A DNA stretch of 64,000 bases from assembly GCA_045594085.1 (NCBI GenBank), contig JAZNXW010000003.1, positions 8,668 to 72,667 on the forward strand, given 5' to 3'. A program made the translations under genes and the position numbers. The stretch is from Eubacteriales bacterium. Lineage in GTDB: Bacteria; Bacillota; Clostridia; Oscillospirales; CAG-272. Shown here one piece after another: positions 54,123-64,000 of the stretch (position 1 is its first letter; each line of letters starts with the position of its first letter). The notes beneath the pieces were generated by a model. It searched no databases and was not told the DNA's origin. It was given only the letters and a program-made list of their open reading frames with translations.

Positions 54123-55025
54123 ATGTTTTCCAATGAAAAAAGATATTCCCGCACAGACCTTGCGTGCGAAATCATCACCTCCGACGCCGCCGAGGCTGAC
54201 GCAGAGCTCACCGAATACGAGCGCGACGGATTCCGTGTATCAATCACGCAGATCAAAAGCGAAGCCGCCTCCCGTCGGCTCGGCAAGCCGTGCGGCATCT
54301 ATCACACGCTTTTCACAGGAAAAACACGAACACTCCCGGACGAAAAGCGAAAGGCACTCATCGCGCTCATTGCGGAAATCTTGAAGGATTGTGTGTGCTC
54401 CGCAACGAACAAACATGACATACCGTCTGCGACAATCCTCGTCGCGGGCATAGGAAACAGGAATCTGACCGCAGATGCGGTCGGTCCGCTCGTAGTTGAG
54501 AAGCTGACAGTGACTCGCGAACTGAAATTCTCAAATCGCGATCTTTTCACGCGTCTTGAATGTGCCGACGTATCAGCAATTGCGCCCGGAGTTGCCGCAG
54601 AAACGGGAATCGAAGCCGCCGACATTATCAGAGCCGCCGCCGAAGCTGTCGACGCGGACGCAATAATTCTGGTAGACGCGCTTGCGGCACGCTCTTGCCA
54701 CCGTCTTGCCGCTACCGTGCAGATCACGGACACGGGCGTAAGCCCCGGATCCGGCATCGGCAATACGCGCACTCCCATTGACAGCGAGACGATGCACGTC
54801 CCTGTTGTAACCGTCGGCATCCCCACCGTCGTTGACTCATCGACACTCGTTTACGAGGCACTCACAGAAGGCGACGTCGATCCCGATTCCCTCGGCGGTA
54901 AACTCGATGAGATACTGTCAAGCGGTCGTTCGTTTTTCGTTTCGCCGCAGGATACCGACGTGATAGTCGAGGATATGTCCGCGATTGTCGCGGAAGCTAT
55001 CGACACCTTTTGCGGCACACGTTGA
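54123..55025 (+). CDS. gpr: GPR endopeptidase (spore germination protease)
   Basis: RTDLACE near the N-terminus, VAGIGNRNLTADAVGP, TDTGVSPGSGIGN. Followed by spoIIP, as in Bacillus. Confidence 0.85.
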   Translation: MFSNEKRYSRTDLACEIITSDAAEADAELTEYERDGFRVSITQIKSEAASRRLGKPCGIYHTLFTGKTRTLPDEKRKALIALIAEILKDCVCSATNKHDIPSATILVAGIGNRNLTADAVGPLVVEKLTVTRELKFSNRDLFTRLECADVSAIAPGVAAETGIEAADIIRAAAEAVDADAIILVDALAARSCHRLAATVQITDTGVSPGSGIGNTRTPIDSETMHVPVVTVGIPTVVDSSTLVYEALTEGDVDPDSLGGKLDEILSSGRSFFVSPQDTDVIVEDMSAIVAEAIDTFCGTR

Positions 55026-55089
55026 TGTTCTGAATTCCTTTGCATAATCATAGACTTAACCAAAGAAGTCTTACGGCAAGGAGTTCCAA

Positions 55090-56310
55090 ATGAACACAAC
55101 AAGCGAAATTCAAAGCTCATACGTCAGCGACTCGCCTTCCTTCAGCATCATAGAGGTCACGGATTATGCCGAAAAAACGGACGCCCCCCGCCCAACGTTA
55201 TCTTCCCCTCGGATACAAAGACGATATTTTCGGAGTTTCGTATCCGTCGTCAGCGTCACGGTAGCTATTCTCTTCATCGCATATAGTGCGGTCCCAATAA
55301 TTGCCGCCGGAGCGGCATTGATCGACCGCGATCTTCTCGCACTTGCCGTTTTCGGCTCCGTCGCACAGCTTGAGTCTTTCGTCGAGTCAGACGAACCCTC
55401 GTCGTCGCTTCCGCCGCTGTCACATTCGATCGGAAGCGCACCTCCGCTCGGAACGTTCGACGACGATGCACTCCGTCACATACTGTACGAATCCGCTCTG
55501 CCCGACTGCGGCGCAGACGAATATCCGATCAAGCCCGTCGATCTTTCCGTCGACGCGGAGTACGGACTTCTCGCAAGCAATGAGACTGCATACGAGATCG
55601 ATCTGCCATCTTATCTTGACGACGATCTGGGCATTGAATCCGTCGGCGCGCTCGCAGAGCGCTACGGCGCGGACTCGCCCGTTGTGCTGATCGTCCACAC
55701 GCACGGAACTGAGGCATATGCCGAAAACAGTGCCGACTCCTATTCAAAGAAAGACAACTGCCGAACCACCGACGTGAGCAAAAACGTAGTCGCGGTCGGT
55801 GCAGTGATGGCGGAGTATTTCAACTCTGTCGGCATCCCCACACTGCACTGTACAGAGATGTTTGATGCCGACTCGTACATAGACGCATACGACAAATCCT
55901 CCGCCGCAGTGCGCGAATTTACGGCAATTTACCCATCGATCCGATACGTTTTCGACCTGCACCGTGATTCTGTGATAGAATCCGACCTGACAAAGCTACG
56001 CCCCCTCACCGTGATCGACGGGGAATTGACAGCGCAGTATATGTGCGTCATCGGCACCGACGAGCGCGCGGGATATCACACAGAGTGGGAACGAAATTTG
56101 GCACTTGCCTGTCAGCTTCAGTCGCGACTATGGCAAAAGAGCAATTCCCTTACGCGCAGGATGTCGATACGCTCCGCCTCCTACAATCAGCTTTGGGCGC
56201 CCGGTTCTCTTCTGCTCGAGATCGGATCGTGCGGTAACACGCTCGACGAAGCCAAGGCGTGCGCTAAGACAGTTGCCGAACAGCTCGCCGCGATAATACT
56301 TGAGCAATGA
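55090..56310 (+). CDS. spoIIP: stage II sporulation protein P
   Basis: TM anchor, then VLIVHTHGTEAY...FDLHRDS, characteristic of the SpoIIP amidase/peptidase. Confidence 0.8.
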   Translation: MNTTSEIQSSYVSDSPSFSIIEVTDYAEKTDAPRPTLSSPRIQRRYFRSFVSVVSVTVAILFIAYSAVPIIAAGAALIDRDLLALAVFGSVAQLESFVESDEPSSSLPPLSHSIGSAPPLGTFDDDALRHILYESALPDCGADEYPIKPVDLSVDAEYGLLASNETAYEIDLPSYLDDDLGIESVGALAERYGADSPVVLIVHTHGTEAYAENSADSYSKKDNCRTTDVSKNVVAVGAVMAEYFNSVGIPTLHCTEMFDADSYIDAYDKSSAAVREFTAIYPSIRYVFDLHRDSVIESDLTKLRPLTVIDGELTAQYMCVIGTDERAGYHTEWERNLALACQLQSRLWQKSNSLTRRMSIRSASYNQLWAPGSLLLEIGSCGNTLDEAKACAKTVAEQLAAIILEQ

Positions 56311-56341
56311 AAAAAAGCACGCACATAAGTGCGTGCTTTTA
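56310..56341. terminator. bidirectional terminator
   Basis: aaaaaaagcacgcacataagtgcgtgctttt. Confidence 0.8.
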
Positions 56342-56369
56342 TATTTAGACTTGTTTTGCCGTTGTGTAA

Positions 56370-56714
56370 TTAGTCAACGAGCTTAATGAGTGCCATTTCA
56401 GCAGCGTCTCCGCGTCTCGGTCCAAGCTTATAAATCTGAGTGTATCCGCCGGTTCTTCCTTCGTACTTAGGTGCGATTTCGTTGAAGAGCTTAGATACAA
56501 CGTCTTCCTTGGTTATATATGCAAGTGCAGCGCGGCGGCTGGCGAGAGTGTTGGTCTTTCCGAGAGAGATCATTTTTTCAGCGAGACTGCGAACTTCCTT
56601 TGCGCGAGTCAGCGTTGTTTCGATGGATCCGTTTTCGAGAAGATATGTCACCATGCCTCTGAGCATTGCCTGTCTGTGAGCGGTAGGTCTGCCAAGCTTT
56701 CTGGTTCCGGGCAT
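56370..56714 (-). CDS. rplQ: 50S ribosomal protein L17
   Basis: [21 protein letters not shown]...; lies downstream of rpoA. Confidence 0.97.
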   Translation of the reverse strand: MPGTRKLGRPTAHRQAMLRGMVTYLLENGSIETTLTRAKEVRSLAEKMISLGKTNTLASRRAALAYITKEDVVSKLFNEIAPKYEGRTGGYTQIYKLGPRRGDAAEMALIKLVD

Positions 56715-56744
56715 TTTCAGTTACCTCCTTCGGTGTTTTACGAC

Positions 56745-57719
56745 TTATTCGTCTTCCTTTTTAAGTTCAAGACCTAAAGATTGCAGCTTCTGTCTTACTT
56801 CATCAAGCGATTTCTTACCGAGATTACGTACCTTGATCATATCTTCCTCAGTCTTGCTGATAAGAATCTGAACGGTATCTATTCCTGCGCGCTTCAAGCA
56901 GTTAAAGCTTCTTACGGACAGGTCAAGGTCCTCAATGGTCATCTCAAGGATTTGTTCCTTCAAGGTCTCTTCACGTTCAACCATAATCTCTGTTTTCTTC
57001 GCTTCATCGGAAAGATTTACGAAGAGGTTGAGATGCTCGTTGAGTATCTTGGCTCCAAGGGAAACCGCTTCTCTTGCCGATATGGTTCCGTTTGTAAGAA
57101 CGTCGATTGTAAGCTTATCGTAGTCCGTAATGTTTCCTACGCGGGTATTTTCAACCGTGTAGTTGACATTGTAAACGGGTGTATAGATCGAATCGGTATA
57201 GATGAGTCCGATGGGAGCAGACGTGCCGGATGCGAGCTGCGCGTTATGGTTCTGCTTGTTCTTTTCCTGGGACACGTATCCGCGGCCGTAGTCAAAGGTG
57301 ATCTCCATATAGAAGCGAGTGTTCTCTCCGACGGTGCAGATGTGAAGATCGGGATTGAGAATCTCAATATCAACGTCCTGCTTGATGTCACCTGCGGTAA
57401 CGTCGCAAGCGCCGGTTACGTCGATAATACAGGTCTTCGGGCCGTTGCAATGAAGCTTAGCTACGATTCCCTTAACGTTGAGAACGATCTCGGTTACATC
57501 TTCTCTGACTCCGTTTATAGTGGATATCTCGTGAAGCACGCCGTCGATTTTGATCGACGATACGGCATATCCGGGAAGGCTCGAAAGAAGAACTCTGCGA
57601 AGAGAGTTGCCGAGCGTTACACCGTAACCGCGTTCAAGGGGCTCTACGATAAAGCGACCGCTTGTTCCGTCTTCACTTGTGTTTTCGATCGTGATGTTCG
57701 GCTTTTCTATTTCTATCAT
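56745..57719 (-). CDS. rpoA: DNA-directed RNA polymerase subunit alpha
   Basis: MIEIEKP...[28 protein letters not shown] and C-terminal domain [16 protein letters not shown]. Confidence 0.97.
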   Translation of the reverse strand: MIEIEKPNITIENTSEDGTSGRFIVEPLERGYGVTLGNSLRRVLLSSLPGYAVSSIKIDGVLHEISTINGVREDVTEIVLNVKGIVAKLHCNGPKTCIIDVTGACDVTAGDIKQDVDIEILNPDLHICTVGENTRFYMEITFDYGRGYVSQEKNKQNHNAQLASGTSAPIGLIYTDSIYTPVYNVNYTVENTRVGNITDYDKLTIDVLTNGTISAREAVSLGAKILNEHLNLFVNLSDEAKKTEIMVEREETLKEQILEMTIEDLDLSVRSFNCLKRAGIDTVQILISKTEEDMIKVRNLGKKSLDEVRQKLQSLGLELKKEDE

Positions 57720-57872
57720 TTAATAACCCTCCATAATCCGTTTTATGCAAATTTGATTCTTTTTAGTTCGACACCCCGTCGGTGCCTGGGACAATACATC
57801 AAATTTTTATCTACGAGGCTCTCCGTGCGTATCACGCACAAAGAGCGTCCGCAGTAAAACAGGAGTATGTTA

Positions 57873-58499
57873 TTATTTGGAATAGAGCTCGACGATGAGC
57901 TGCTCGTTGAAATCAAAGTCGATGTCTTCGCGTGCGGGAGCGGTGAGCACCTTTGCGGTAACATTTGCCTTGTCGATTTCAAGCCATTTGGGAGTTGTTG
58001 CGGACTGTGCGCGTTCGATGAGACCCTTGATCTTATCGGAGTCGCGGCTGGAGTCCTTAAGAGAGATCACATCGCCCGGTTTTACGAGAATGGACGGGAT
58101 GTTGACCTTCTTGCCGTTGAGCTGGAAATGAGCGTGAAGCACGAGCTGACGAGCTTCTTTACGGCTGGAAGCCATACCCATTCTGTATACAACGTTGTCA
58201 AGACGGGTTTCGAGGATGGAGAGAAGGTTTTCACCGGCGATGCCGGGCTTCTTCTCAGCCTTAGCGTAGTACATTCTGAACTGCTTTTCCTGAACGCCGT
58301 AGTAACGTCTTGCGGTCTGCTTTTCACGGAGCTGACGTCCGTATTCCTCTACCTTCTTGCGGGAAGTGCCGTGCTGGCCGGGAGCGCCTGTTCTTCTTAC
58401 CATAGCGCACTTATCGGAAAGGCAACGGTCACCCTTAAGGAAGAGCTTTTTGCCTTCTCTGCGGCAAAGGCGGCACGAAGGTCCTGTGTATCTTGCCAT
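57873..58499 (-). CDS. rpsD: 30S ribosomal protein S4
   Basis: [26 protein letters not shown]. Confidence 0.97.
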   Translation of the reverse strand: MARYTGPSCRLCRREGKKLFLKGDRCLSDKCAMVRRTGAPGQHGTSRKKVEEYGRQLREKQTARRYYGVQEKQFRMYYAKAEKKPGIAGENLLSILETRLDNVVYRMGMASSRKEARQLVLHAHFQLNGKKVNIPSILVKPGDVISLKDSSRDSDKIKGLIERAQSATTPKWLEIDKANVTAKVLTAPAREDIDFDFNEQLIVELYSK

Positions 58500-58522
58500 G
58501 TGGTTTATACCTCCTAAAATGA

Positions 58523-58918
58523 TTAAACGCGTCTGCGCTTAGGCGGTCTGCAGCCGTTGTGGGGGATCGGAGTCACGTCCTTGATAAGGGTGATCTGAAG
58601 TCCTGCTGCTGCGAGCGAACGGATCGCGGCTTCACGTCCGGATCCGGGTCCGCGAACATATACTTCAACGGTACGGAGGCCGTGGTCCATTGCGAGCTTT
58701 GCTGCATGTTCTGCTGCCATCTGTGCTGCGAAGGGAGTGGACTTTCTGGAGCCCTTGAAGCCGAGTTCGCCTGCGGATGCCCATGCGATCGTGTTACCCT
58801 GAAGATCGGTAAGCGTTACGATCGTGTTGTTGAAGGTGGAGCTGATATGTGCTGCACCGGATTCAATATTTTTACGTTCGCGGCGCTTTTTTACCACTTT
58901 CTTGGTTGTCTTAGCCAT
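58523..58918 (-). CDS. rpsK: 30S ribosomal protein S11
   Basis: [18 protein letters not shown]...[14 protein letters not shown]. Confidence 0.97.
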   Translation of the reverse strand: MAKTTKKVVKKRRERKNIESGAAHISSTFNNTIVTLTDLQGNTIAWASAGELGFKGSRKSTPFAAQMAAEHAAKLAMDHGLRTVEVYVRGPGSGREAAIRSLAAAGLQITLIKDVTPIPHNGCRPPKRRRV

Positions 58919-58937
58919 TACGATTTACTCCTTTACC

Positions 58938-59306
58938 TTACTTCTTCTTGTTAGCAATCGTCTTTGCGGGACCCTTACGAGTTCTCGCGTTAGTCTTTGT
59001 GCGCTGTCCTCTTACAGGAAGGCCTTTTCTGTGTCTGATGCCACGATAGCAGTTAATCTCAACAAGACGCTTGATATTAAGCGCGACGTCACGGCGGAGG
59101 TCACCCTCAACAGTGTAGTTCTCTTCGATCTCGTCACGGAGCTTTGCTACTTCGTCCTCAGTGAGGTCTTTCGCACGAGTATTGGGATTAATTCCCGTTG
59201 TTTCACAAATCTTTGTTGCGCTTGTCTGGCCTATTCCGTAGATATAGGTAAGAGCGATTTCAATGCGCTTATTGTTGGGGATGTCAACACCAGCTATACG
59301 AGCCAT
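58938..59306 (-). CDS. rpsM: 30S ribosomal protein S13
   Basis: [26 protein letters not shown]. Confidence 0.97.
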   Translation of the reverse strand: MARIAGVDIPNNKRIEIALTYIYGIGQTSATKICETTGINPNTRAKDLTEDEVAKLRDEIEENYTVEGDLRRDVALNIKRLVEINCYRGIRHRKGLPVRGQRTKTNARTRKGPAKTIANKKK

Positions 59307-59337
59307 TTAGTTTTTCACCTCTCTTGTTACTTGAGCG

Positions 59338-59451
59338 TCAGCCCTGTCTCTGCTTGTGCTTGGGATTCTCGCAGATGACCATTATACGCCCTTTTCTTTT
59401 GATGATCTTGCACTTTTCGCAAATCTTCTTAACGGAAGGTCTTACTTTCAT
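59338..59451 (-). CDS. rpmJ: 50S ribosomal protein L36
   Basis: Below the ORF-track cutoff. Manual translation of the minus strand gives [37 protein letters not shown], then a stop. Confidence 0.95.
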   Translation of the reverse strand: MKVRPSVKKICEKCKIIKRKGRIMVICENPKHKQRQG

Positions 59452-59560
59452 TTTATTTGACCATACCTTTCTTTATAGTTTTGGAACGTTTGTTGCCTCG
59501 GCATCTGCCGAAGCAGAACTTATGGTTTGATGCGGGCATTTTCAAGCCGCGTTCCGAGTT

Positions 59561-59779
59561 TTATTTGGATCGCCAGGTGATACGGCCCTTGGAAAGGTCG
59601 TAAACGGAGACTTCAACAGTCACCTTATCGCCGGGCAAAATACGGATATAATTCATTCTGAGCTTTCCGGATATCTTGGCTGTTACAAGATGATCGTTCG
59701 GGAGCTTTACTCTGAACGTTGCGTTCGGGAGAGCTTCCGTAACGACGCCTTCAAACTCGATTACGTCATCCTTCGGCAT
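59561..59779 (-). CDS. infA: translation initiation factor IF-1
   Basis: [26 protein letters not shown]...GRITWR. Confidence 0.97.
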   Translation of the reverse strand: MPKDDVIEFEGVVTEALPNATFRVKLPNDHLVTAKISGKLRMNYIRILPGDKVTVEVSVYDLSKGRITWRSK

Positions 59780-59803
59780 TTTTTCCTCCTATAAGCTTTC
59801 GGA

Positions 59804-60130
59804 TCAGCACTTTTCGTCTTCCGAATTTCGTCTTTTTTGATTTATCATTTTTCTTACGATACCGTCCGTTGCGTTACCGCTTCGGATCAGTTCTGCCGCA
59901 GTTTCGTCGACTCCGAGAATCGTCAGATGCTTCAGACTTTTGCGCTTTGGCAGCGCGATGCGTCTGTGCTTGCCGTCTGCAACGAGGACGAATCCGTCCC
60001 CCGATGCGCCGAGGACGATGAACATCCTTCCCGCATAGCGTCCGTTATTCGAGATCGCATAGCATCCGGTATAATACGACTCTGTTTTGGGAGCATAGAC
60101 AACTGCTTCCGGCTTTTTCTTTCGCTTCAC
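59804..60130 (-). CDS. KOW-domain RNA-binding protein (clostridial map-infA spacer gene)
   Basis: GRYAGRMFIVLGASGDGFVLVADGKHRRIALPKRKSLKHL; sits between map and infA. Confidence 0.7.
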   Translation of the reverse strand: MKRKKKPEAVVYAPKTESYYTGCYAISNNGRYAGRMFIVLGASGDGFVLVADGKHRRIALPKRKSLKHLTILGVDETAAELIRSGNATDGIVRKMINQKRRNSEDEKC

Positions 60131-60133
60131 GTT

Positions 60134-60883
60134 TTACACCTTTGTGAGAAGCACGGGACCGTTATCCGTGATCGCCACGGAATGCTCATAATGAGCCGAG
60201 AGCGATCCGTCACGTGTCTTTACAGTCCAACCGTCGGGCATTTCGATGACCTCGCCCGTTCCGATGTTCACCATCGGCTCGATCGCGATCGTCATACCCT
60301 TGATAAGACGAACTCCGCGTCCCGGGGTTCCGAAATTCGGGACTTCGGGATCCTCATGAAGGTCCGCACCGACACCGTGTCCGACGTAACGTCTGACAAC
60401 GCTGTAGCCGTAAGCCTTGACGTGAGATTCAACGGCGTGTCCGATATCTCCGACACGCGCGCCGTCGGTGATAGCTTCCACAGCCTTGAAGAAGCTTTCC
60501 TCCGTGACACGAATAAGACGTTCAGCCTCCGGCGAGATCTTGCCGACAGCGAATGTTCTTGCGCTGTCGCCGTTATAGCCGCGGTAGTTCGCACCAACGT
60601 CAATCTTTACGATATCACCCTCCATCAGCACCCGTTTATTTGACGGTATACCGTGGATGACTTCATCGTTGACGCTGACGCAAGCCGACGCCGGGAAGCC
60701 GCCGTATCCCAAAAACGTAGGATACGCACCGTTTTTTTCAATGTGTTTTCTGATAACTCTGTCAATCTCCGCTGTCGTGATGCCGGGCTTAATGATCTCA
60801 CCCGCGGCGAGGATAGCCTCGCCCGTGATCCTCCCGGCATCGCGCATAAGCGTGAGTTGACTCTCATTTTTGAGACGAATCAT
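60134..60883 (-). CDS. map: type I methionine aminopeptidase
   Basis: The start is placed at ATG 60883, just after the adk stop. Metal ligand regions DIVKIDVG, VGHGVG and EPMV. Confidence 0.93.
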   Translation of the reverse strand: MIRLKNESQLTLMRDAGRITGEAILAAGEIIKPGITTAEIDRVIRKHIEKNGAYPTFLGYGGFPASACVSVNDEVIHGIPSNKRVLMEGDIVKIDVGANYRGYNGDSARTFAVGKISPEAERLIRVTEESFFKAVEAITDGARVGDIGHAVESHVKAYGYSVVRRYVGHGVGADLHEDPEVPNFGTPGRGVRLIKGMTIAIEPMVNIGTGEVIEMPDGWTVKTRDGSLSAHYEHSVAITDNGPVLLTKV

Positions 60884-60890
60884 AAATAAT

Positions 60891-61562
60891 TCATTCAGTG
60901 CCGAGGTACTTTTCAATTACCCCGAGCGTAAGTGCAGTTGTATCTTCGAGCTTTTCCTGTCCTTCCACAACGGAAAGAACACCTTTGCCTGCGTAGTAAT
61001 CACGCAGGGGCTCGGTCTCCTTGTGATAGGTATCAAGGCGATGAGCAACAACGGAAGGCTCGTCGTCGCGGCGGCACATAAGCTCCGCACCGCAAGCATC
61101 ACAATGTACATTGTCTGCTGTGGGGTTATAGAGCGTATGGTACGTCGCACCGCAGGACTTGCAGACACGTCTGCCGCCCATACGAGCGATGATGCGTCCA
61201 TCTTCAACCTCGATGTCTATTACCATAGAGATCTTGATGCCGGTTTCATCAAGTGCGCTTGCTTGAGCGAGCGTTCTCGGAAAACCGTCAAGGATGAAGC
61301 CGTTCTTGCAGTCGGGCTCTTTGAGGCGAGCACGCATAATTCCGACGATAACCTCATCGGGCACGAGCGCACCTGACTCAACGTAGCCCTTGGCAAGGAC
61401 ACCAAGCTCCGTGCCGGCTGCAATAGCTTCGCGAAGCATAGCACCGGTGGAGATTGTGGGAATGTTATACTTCTCTGCGACTATTTCAGCCTGAGTGCCT
61501 TTACCTGCACCGGGCGCGCCGAGAAAGATAAGATTAAGTGTTTTTGTCACGTTATTCGCCAT
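60891..61562 (-). CDS. adk: adenylate kinase
   Basis: P-loop LGAPGAGKGTQA and zinc lid CKSCGATYH...CDACGAEL. Confidence 0.97.
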   Translation of the reverse strand: MANNVTKTLNLIFLGAPGAGKGTQAEIVAEKYNIPTISTGAMLREAIAAGTELGVLAKGYVESGALVPDEVIVGIMRARLKEPDCKNGFILDGFPRTLAQASALDETGIKISMVIDIEVEDGRIIARMGGRRVCKSCGATYHTLYNPTADNVHCDACGAELMCRRDDEPSVVAHRLDTYHKETEPLRDYYAGKGVLSVVEGQEKLEDTTALTLGVIEKYLGTE

Positions 61563-61577
61563 GACTTTATGCTCCGA

Positions 61578-62873
61578 TTATTCAAGGAAGCCCTTGTATC
61601 CGCGCATAGACATCTGAGCGGTGATCTCTCTTGCAGTCTCAAGTGCAACGCCGACAACGATGAGGAGCGACGTACCGCCGAAGGCGATACCTGCAACAGC
61701 ATTGTTGGAAACGAGGTTCGCGATGATCGGAACGATAGCGATCACGGAGAGGAAGAGCGCACCGATAAGTGTGATCTTCGAGAGAACCTTGGTGATGTAA
61801 TCTGCGGTAGGTTTACCGGGACGGAAGCCGGGAACGGAACCACCGTTCGTCTTAAGATTGTTGGATACTTCGATGGGATTAAAGGAAATCGTTACATAGA
61901 AGTAAGCAAAAGCAATGATAAATACGAAGAGGATGAAGGGATAGAACCAAGATCCGGAAGAGAGGAAATTAACGGTCTTTTCCCAGAAGGATCCCGACTT
62001 GGGAGCAAAGATGAGTGCGAGAGTCGAGGGGATGGCGAGAATGGAGTTAGCGAAGATGACGGGCATAACGCCGGACATATTCAGCTTGAGCGGGAGATTT
62101 GTGCTCTGACCGCCGTACATCTTGCGTCCTACGACCTTCTTTGCGTACATAACGGGGATTCTGCGTTCAGATTCCGTTACGAATACGACAAAGTATACCA
62201 TTGCGAGAGCGATTACAACGATTACAACAGGGATGATGTAACCTGCAACTGTGCCCTTCTTGAAGAAGTTGATGATGGTGCTAACGGAGTTAACGCCGCC
62301 TGCAACGATGTTAGCGAAGAGGATGATAGAGATACCGTTGCCGATACCGTTTTCATTGATCTTTTCGCCAAGCCACATAACGAGGGACGAGCCTGCGCAA
62401 TAGCATGCAATGATGACGATTGCTGCGAAGAATCCGTTATCGGTAAGCATACCCTGATTCTTCATCAGCATATAGTAACCGTAGCTCGTGATAAGAGCGA
62501 GTGCAACGGTCACATAACGTGTGATCTGAGTGATCTTCTTCTTGCCTTCTGCGCCGTCCTTGGATATTCTCTCAAGAGCAGGAATCGCAACGGTAAGAAG
62601 CTGCATAACGATGGACGATGTGATATACGGGGAAATACCGAGAGCAAAGAGAGTTGCGCTCGAGAATGCATTACCGGAGAGTATATCGAGGTACTGGAAC
62701 ATCGATCCGTCGGTTGCGTACATATAATAGTTAAGGATATCTGCGTTTACATAGGGTACGGGAATCGCAACACCTACTCTGTAAAGCAGGATAATGAATA
62801 ATGTGAAGAGAATCTTCTTGCGAAGATCGGGCAGTTTGAATGCGTTTACTAACGGCTGAAGCCAGTTTTTCAT
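61578..62873 (-). CDS. secY: preprotein translocase subunit SecY
   Basis: 10-TM protein with typical N-terminus ...LRKKILFTLFIILLYRVG; lies between rplO and adk. Confidence 0.97.
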   Translation of the reverse strand: MKNWLQPLVNAFKLPDLRKKILFTLFIILLYRVGVAIPVPYVNADILNYYMYATDGSMFQYLDILSGNAFSSATLFALGISPYITSSIVMQLLTVAIPALERISKDGAEGKKKITQITRYVTVALALITSYGYYMLMKNQGMLTDNGFFAAIVIIACYCAGSSLVMWLGEKINENGIGNGISIILFANIVAGGVNSVSTIINFFKKGTVAGYIIPVVIVVIALAMVYFVVFVTESERRIPVMYAKKVVGRKMYGGQSTNLPLKLNMSGVMPVIFANSILAIPSTLALIFAPKSGSFWEKTVNFLSSGSWFYPFILFVFIIAFAYFYVTISFNPIEVSNNLKTNGGSVPGFRPGKPTADYITKVLSKITLIGALFLSVIAIVPIIANLVSNNAVAGIAFGGTSLLIVVGVALETAREITAQMSMRGYKGFLE

Positions 62874-62874
62874 T

Positions 62875-63315
62875 TTAAACTACCTCGGTCTTTCCGCCGG
62901 CTGCTTCGATCTTCTCTTTCGCAGAAGCGGAGAATACCGATGCAACAACGGTTACTTTCTTAGAAAGTTCGCCGTTGCCGAGCACCTTAAGACCGTCGTA
63001 CGGCTTGCGAATGATTCTCGCTTCAAGAAGTGCTGCGAGGTCAACGGTTGCGCCGTCCTCAAAGCAATTGAGATCTGCAACGTTTACGATAGCGTATTCC
63101 TTACCGAATCTGTTGTAGAAACCTCTCTTGGGCAGCTTTCTGTAGAGCGGGAGCTGACCGCCTTCAAATCCGGGTCTTACGCCACCGCCGGAACGGGCAT
63201 TCTGACCCTTGTGTCCCTTACCTGCGGTTTTTCCGTTTCCGGATCCGGGGCCTCTGCCCTTACGGAACGACTTCTTGGCAGAGCCTTCTGCCGGTGAAAG
63301 TTCATAAAGCTTCAT
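62875..63315 (-). CDS. rplO: 50S ribosomal protein L15
   Basis: [12 protein letters not shown]...[19 protein letters not shown]. Confidence 0.97.
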   Translation of the reverse strand: MKLYELSPAEGSAKKSFRKGRGPGSGNGKTAGKGHKGQNARSGGGVRPGFEGGQLPLYRKLPKRGFYNRFGKEYAIVNVADLNCFEDGATVDLAALLEARIIRKPYDGLKVLGNGELSKKVTVVASVFSASAKEKIEAAGGKTEVV

Positions 63316-63354
63316 GGTTCTTCCTCCTTACAAGTATTATGCGTCACAAAACGC

Positions 63355-63534
63355 TTACGCCTTTTCCACCTTGACGAGGTGGGAAAGAACCTTGACCTTG
63401 CCCTTTGCAGCGGCGTCGTCGTCAAGAATTATGCTGTCACCGATTTTGCGGAAGCCGAGAGAAGCTGCTGTTGCGCGCTGATTGGGCTTCGTGCAAATAA
63501 GGCTTTTTGTAAGTGTGATCTTAATCTTTTCCAT
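63355..63534 (-). CDS. rpmD: 50S ribosomal protein L30
   Basis: Below the ORF-track cutoff. Manual translation gives MEKIKITLTKSLICTKPNQRATAASLGFRKIGDSIILDDDAAAKGKVKVLSHLVKVEKA, then a stop. Confidence 0.92.
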   Translation of the reverse strand: MEKIKITLTKSLICTKPNQRATAASLGFRKIGDSIILDDDAAAKGKVKVLSHLVKVEKA

Positions 63535-63545
63535 CGTAGTCCTCC

Positions 63546-64000
63546 TTAACCCTTGAGGGCATCGACTGCGATGCCGCGGCTCTTTGCAACTTCCTCAGCA
63601 GATCTGAGAGCCTTGAGGCCTTCAAATGTTGCCTTAACAACGTTGATGGGGTTGTTGCTGCGCAGACACTTAGCTCTGATGTTCTTTACACCTGCGAGTT
63701 CGAGTACGGCTCTTACAGTCTTACCTGCGATAATACCGGTACCGGGAGCGGCGGGCTTGAGAAGAACTCTGCCTGCACCAAACTCACCGAGAACTTCGTG
63801 GGGAATGGTTGTATCCTTGAGGGATACGGTAATCATATTTTTCTTAGCGTCCTCAACAGCCTTGCGGATCGCTTCGGGAACCTCTGCTGCTTTTCCGAGA
63901 CCGTAGCCAACGTGGCCTTCGCCATCGCCTACAACCATAATAGCTGCGAATCTTGCGACACGACCGCCTTTAACAGTCTTGGATACACGGTTCAGGGCGA
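63546..64000 (-). CDS. rpsE: 30S ribosomal protein S5 (N-terminus beyond window end)
   Basis: ...[17 protein letters not shown]...; the frame stays open to the window edge, and the track Met at 63938 is internal. Confidence 0.93.
   Translation of the reverse strand, partial: ALNRVSKTVKGGRVARFAAIMVVGDGEGHVGYGLGKAAEVPEAIRKAVEDAKKNMITVSLKDTTIPHEVLGEFGAGRVLLKPAAPGTGIIAGKTVRAVLELAGVKNIRAKCLRSNNPINVVKATFEGLKALRSAEEVAKSRGIAVDALKG

Noticed and set aside
56781-57857. 358-aa plus-strand ORF.
   Set aside because: It is antisense to rpoA and extends into the rpsD-rpoA spacer, with no independent support.
61569-62801. 410-aa plus-strand ORF.
   Set aside because: It is antisense to secY within a conserved ribosomal operon.
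1-64000. Search for rRNA, tRNA, CRISPR arrays, IS elements, integrases and prophage genes.
   Set aside because: Intergenic regions are short and are accounted for by promoters, terminators or the riboswitch. No cloverleaf-like, repeat-spacer, or transposase/integrase-like sequence was seen.

Overview
The gene content indicates a chromosomal segment from an endospore-forming Firmicute of the Clostridia type. It contains gpr-spoIIP, a yhbD-bactofilin operon, TIGR03960/TIGR03936 radical-SAM genes and a KOW gene between map and infA. All calls were made by eye from the ORF track and the DNA; no database search was run.

The window is densely coding and mostly housekeeping:
- The minus strand at the 3' end carries the distal spc/alpha ribosomal cluster: rpsE(partial)-rpmD-rplO-secY-adk-map-KOW-infA-rpmJ-rpsM-rpsK-rpsD-rpoA-rplQ.
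- Other recognisable genes are obg, iorAB, mreB, comFC, recD2, metK (behind a SAM-I riboswitch), topB, rlmB, a sigma factor, an OppA-type binding protein, a MarR plus heterodimeric ABC exporter unit, a TetR plus P1B-ATPase unit, an SdpR/SdpI-like pair, and a GH43 lipoprotein.
- rpmJ and rpmD are below the ORF-track cutoff and were added by hand.
- I saw no rRNA, tRNA, CRISPR array, transposase or integrase.

Most interesting observations:
1. A single 866-codon ORF (23825-26425) fuses a complete TetM/EF-G-like translational GTPase to a YacP/Rae1-type NYN ribonuclease domain. topB follows 19 nt downstream.
2. An 888-aa protein (46671-49337) looks like a catalytically degenerate P1B-type ATPase. 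It has a roughly 300-aa acidic N-terminus with reiterated hydrophobic-F-D-x-V motifs and is translationally coupled (ATGA) to rlmB.
3. Tandem paralogous secreted proteins contain only a CBM6/35-like domain and have different C-terminal anchor signals.
4. A SAM-I riboswitch sits in front of a COG2426 membrane protein followed by metK.
5. A membrane protein has an N-terminal RGG/Gly-rich tract.
6. There are two decayed genes: a NUDIX gene with an in-frame TAA and the 3' remnant of a carboxylesterase.
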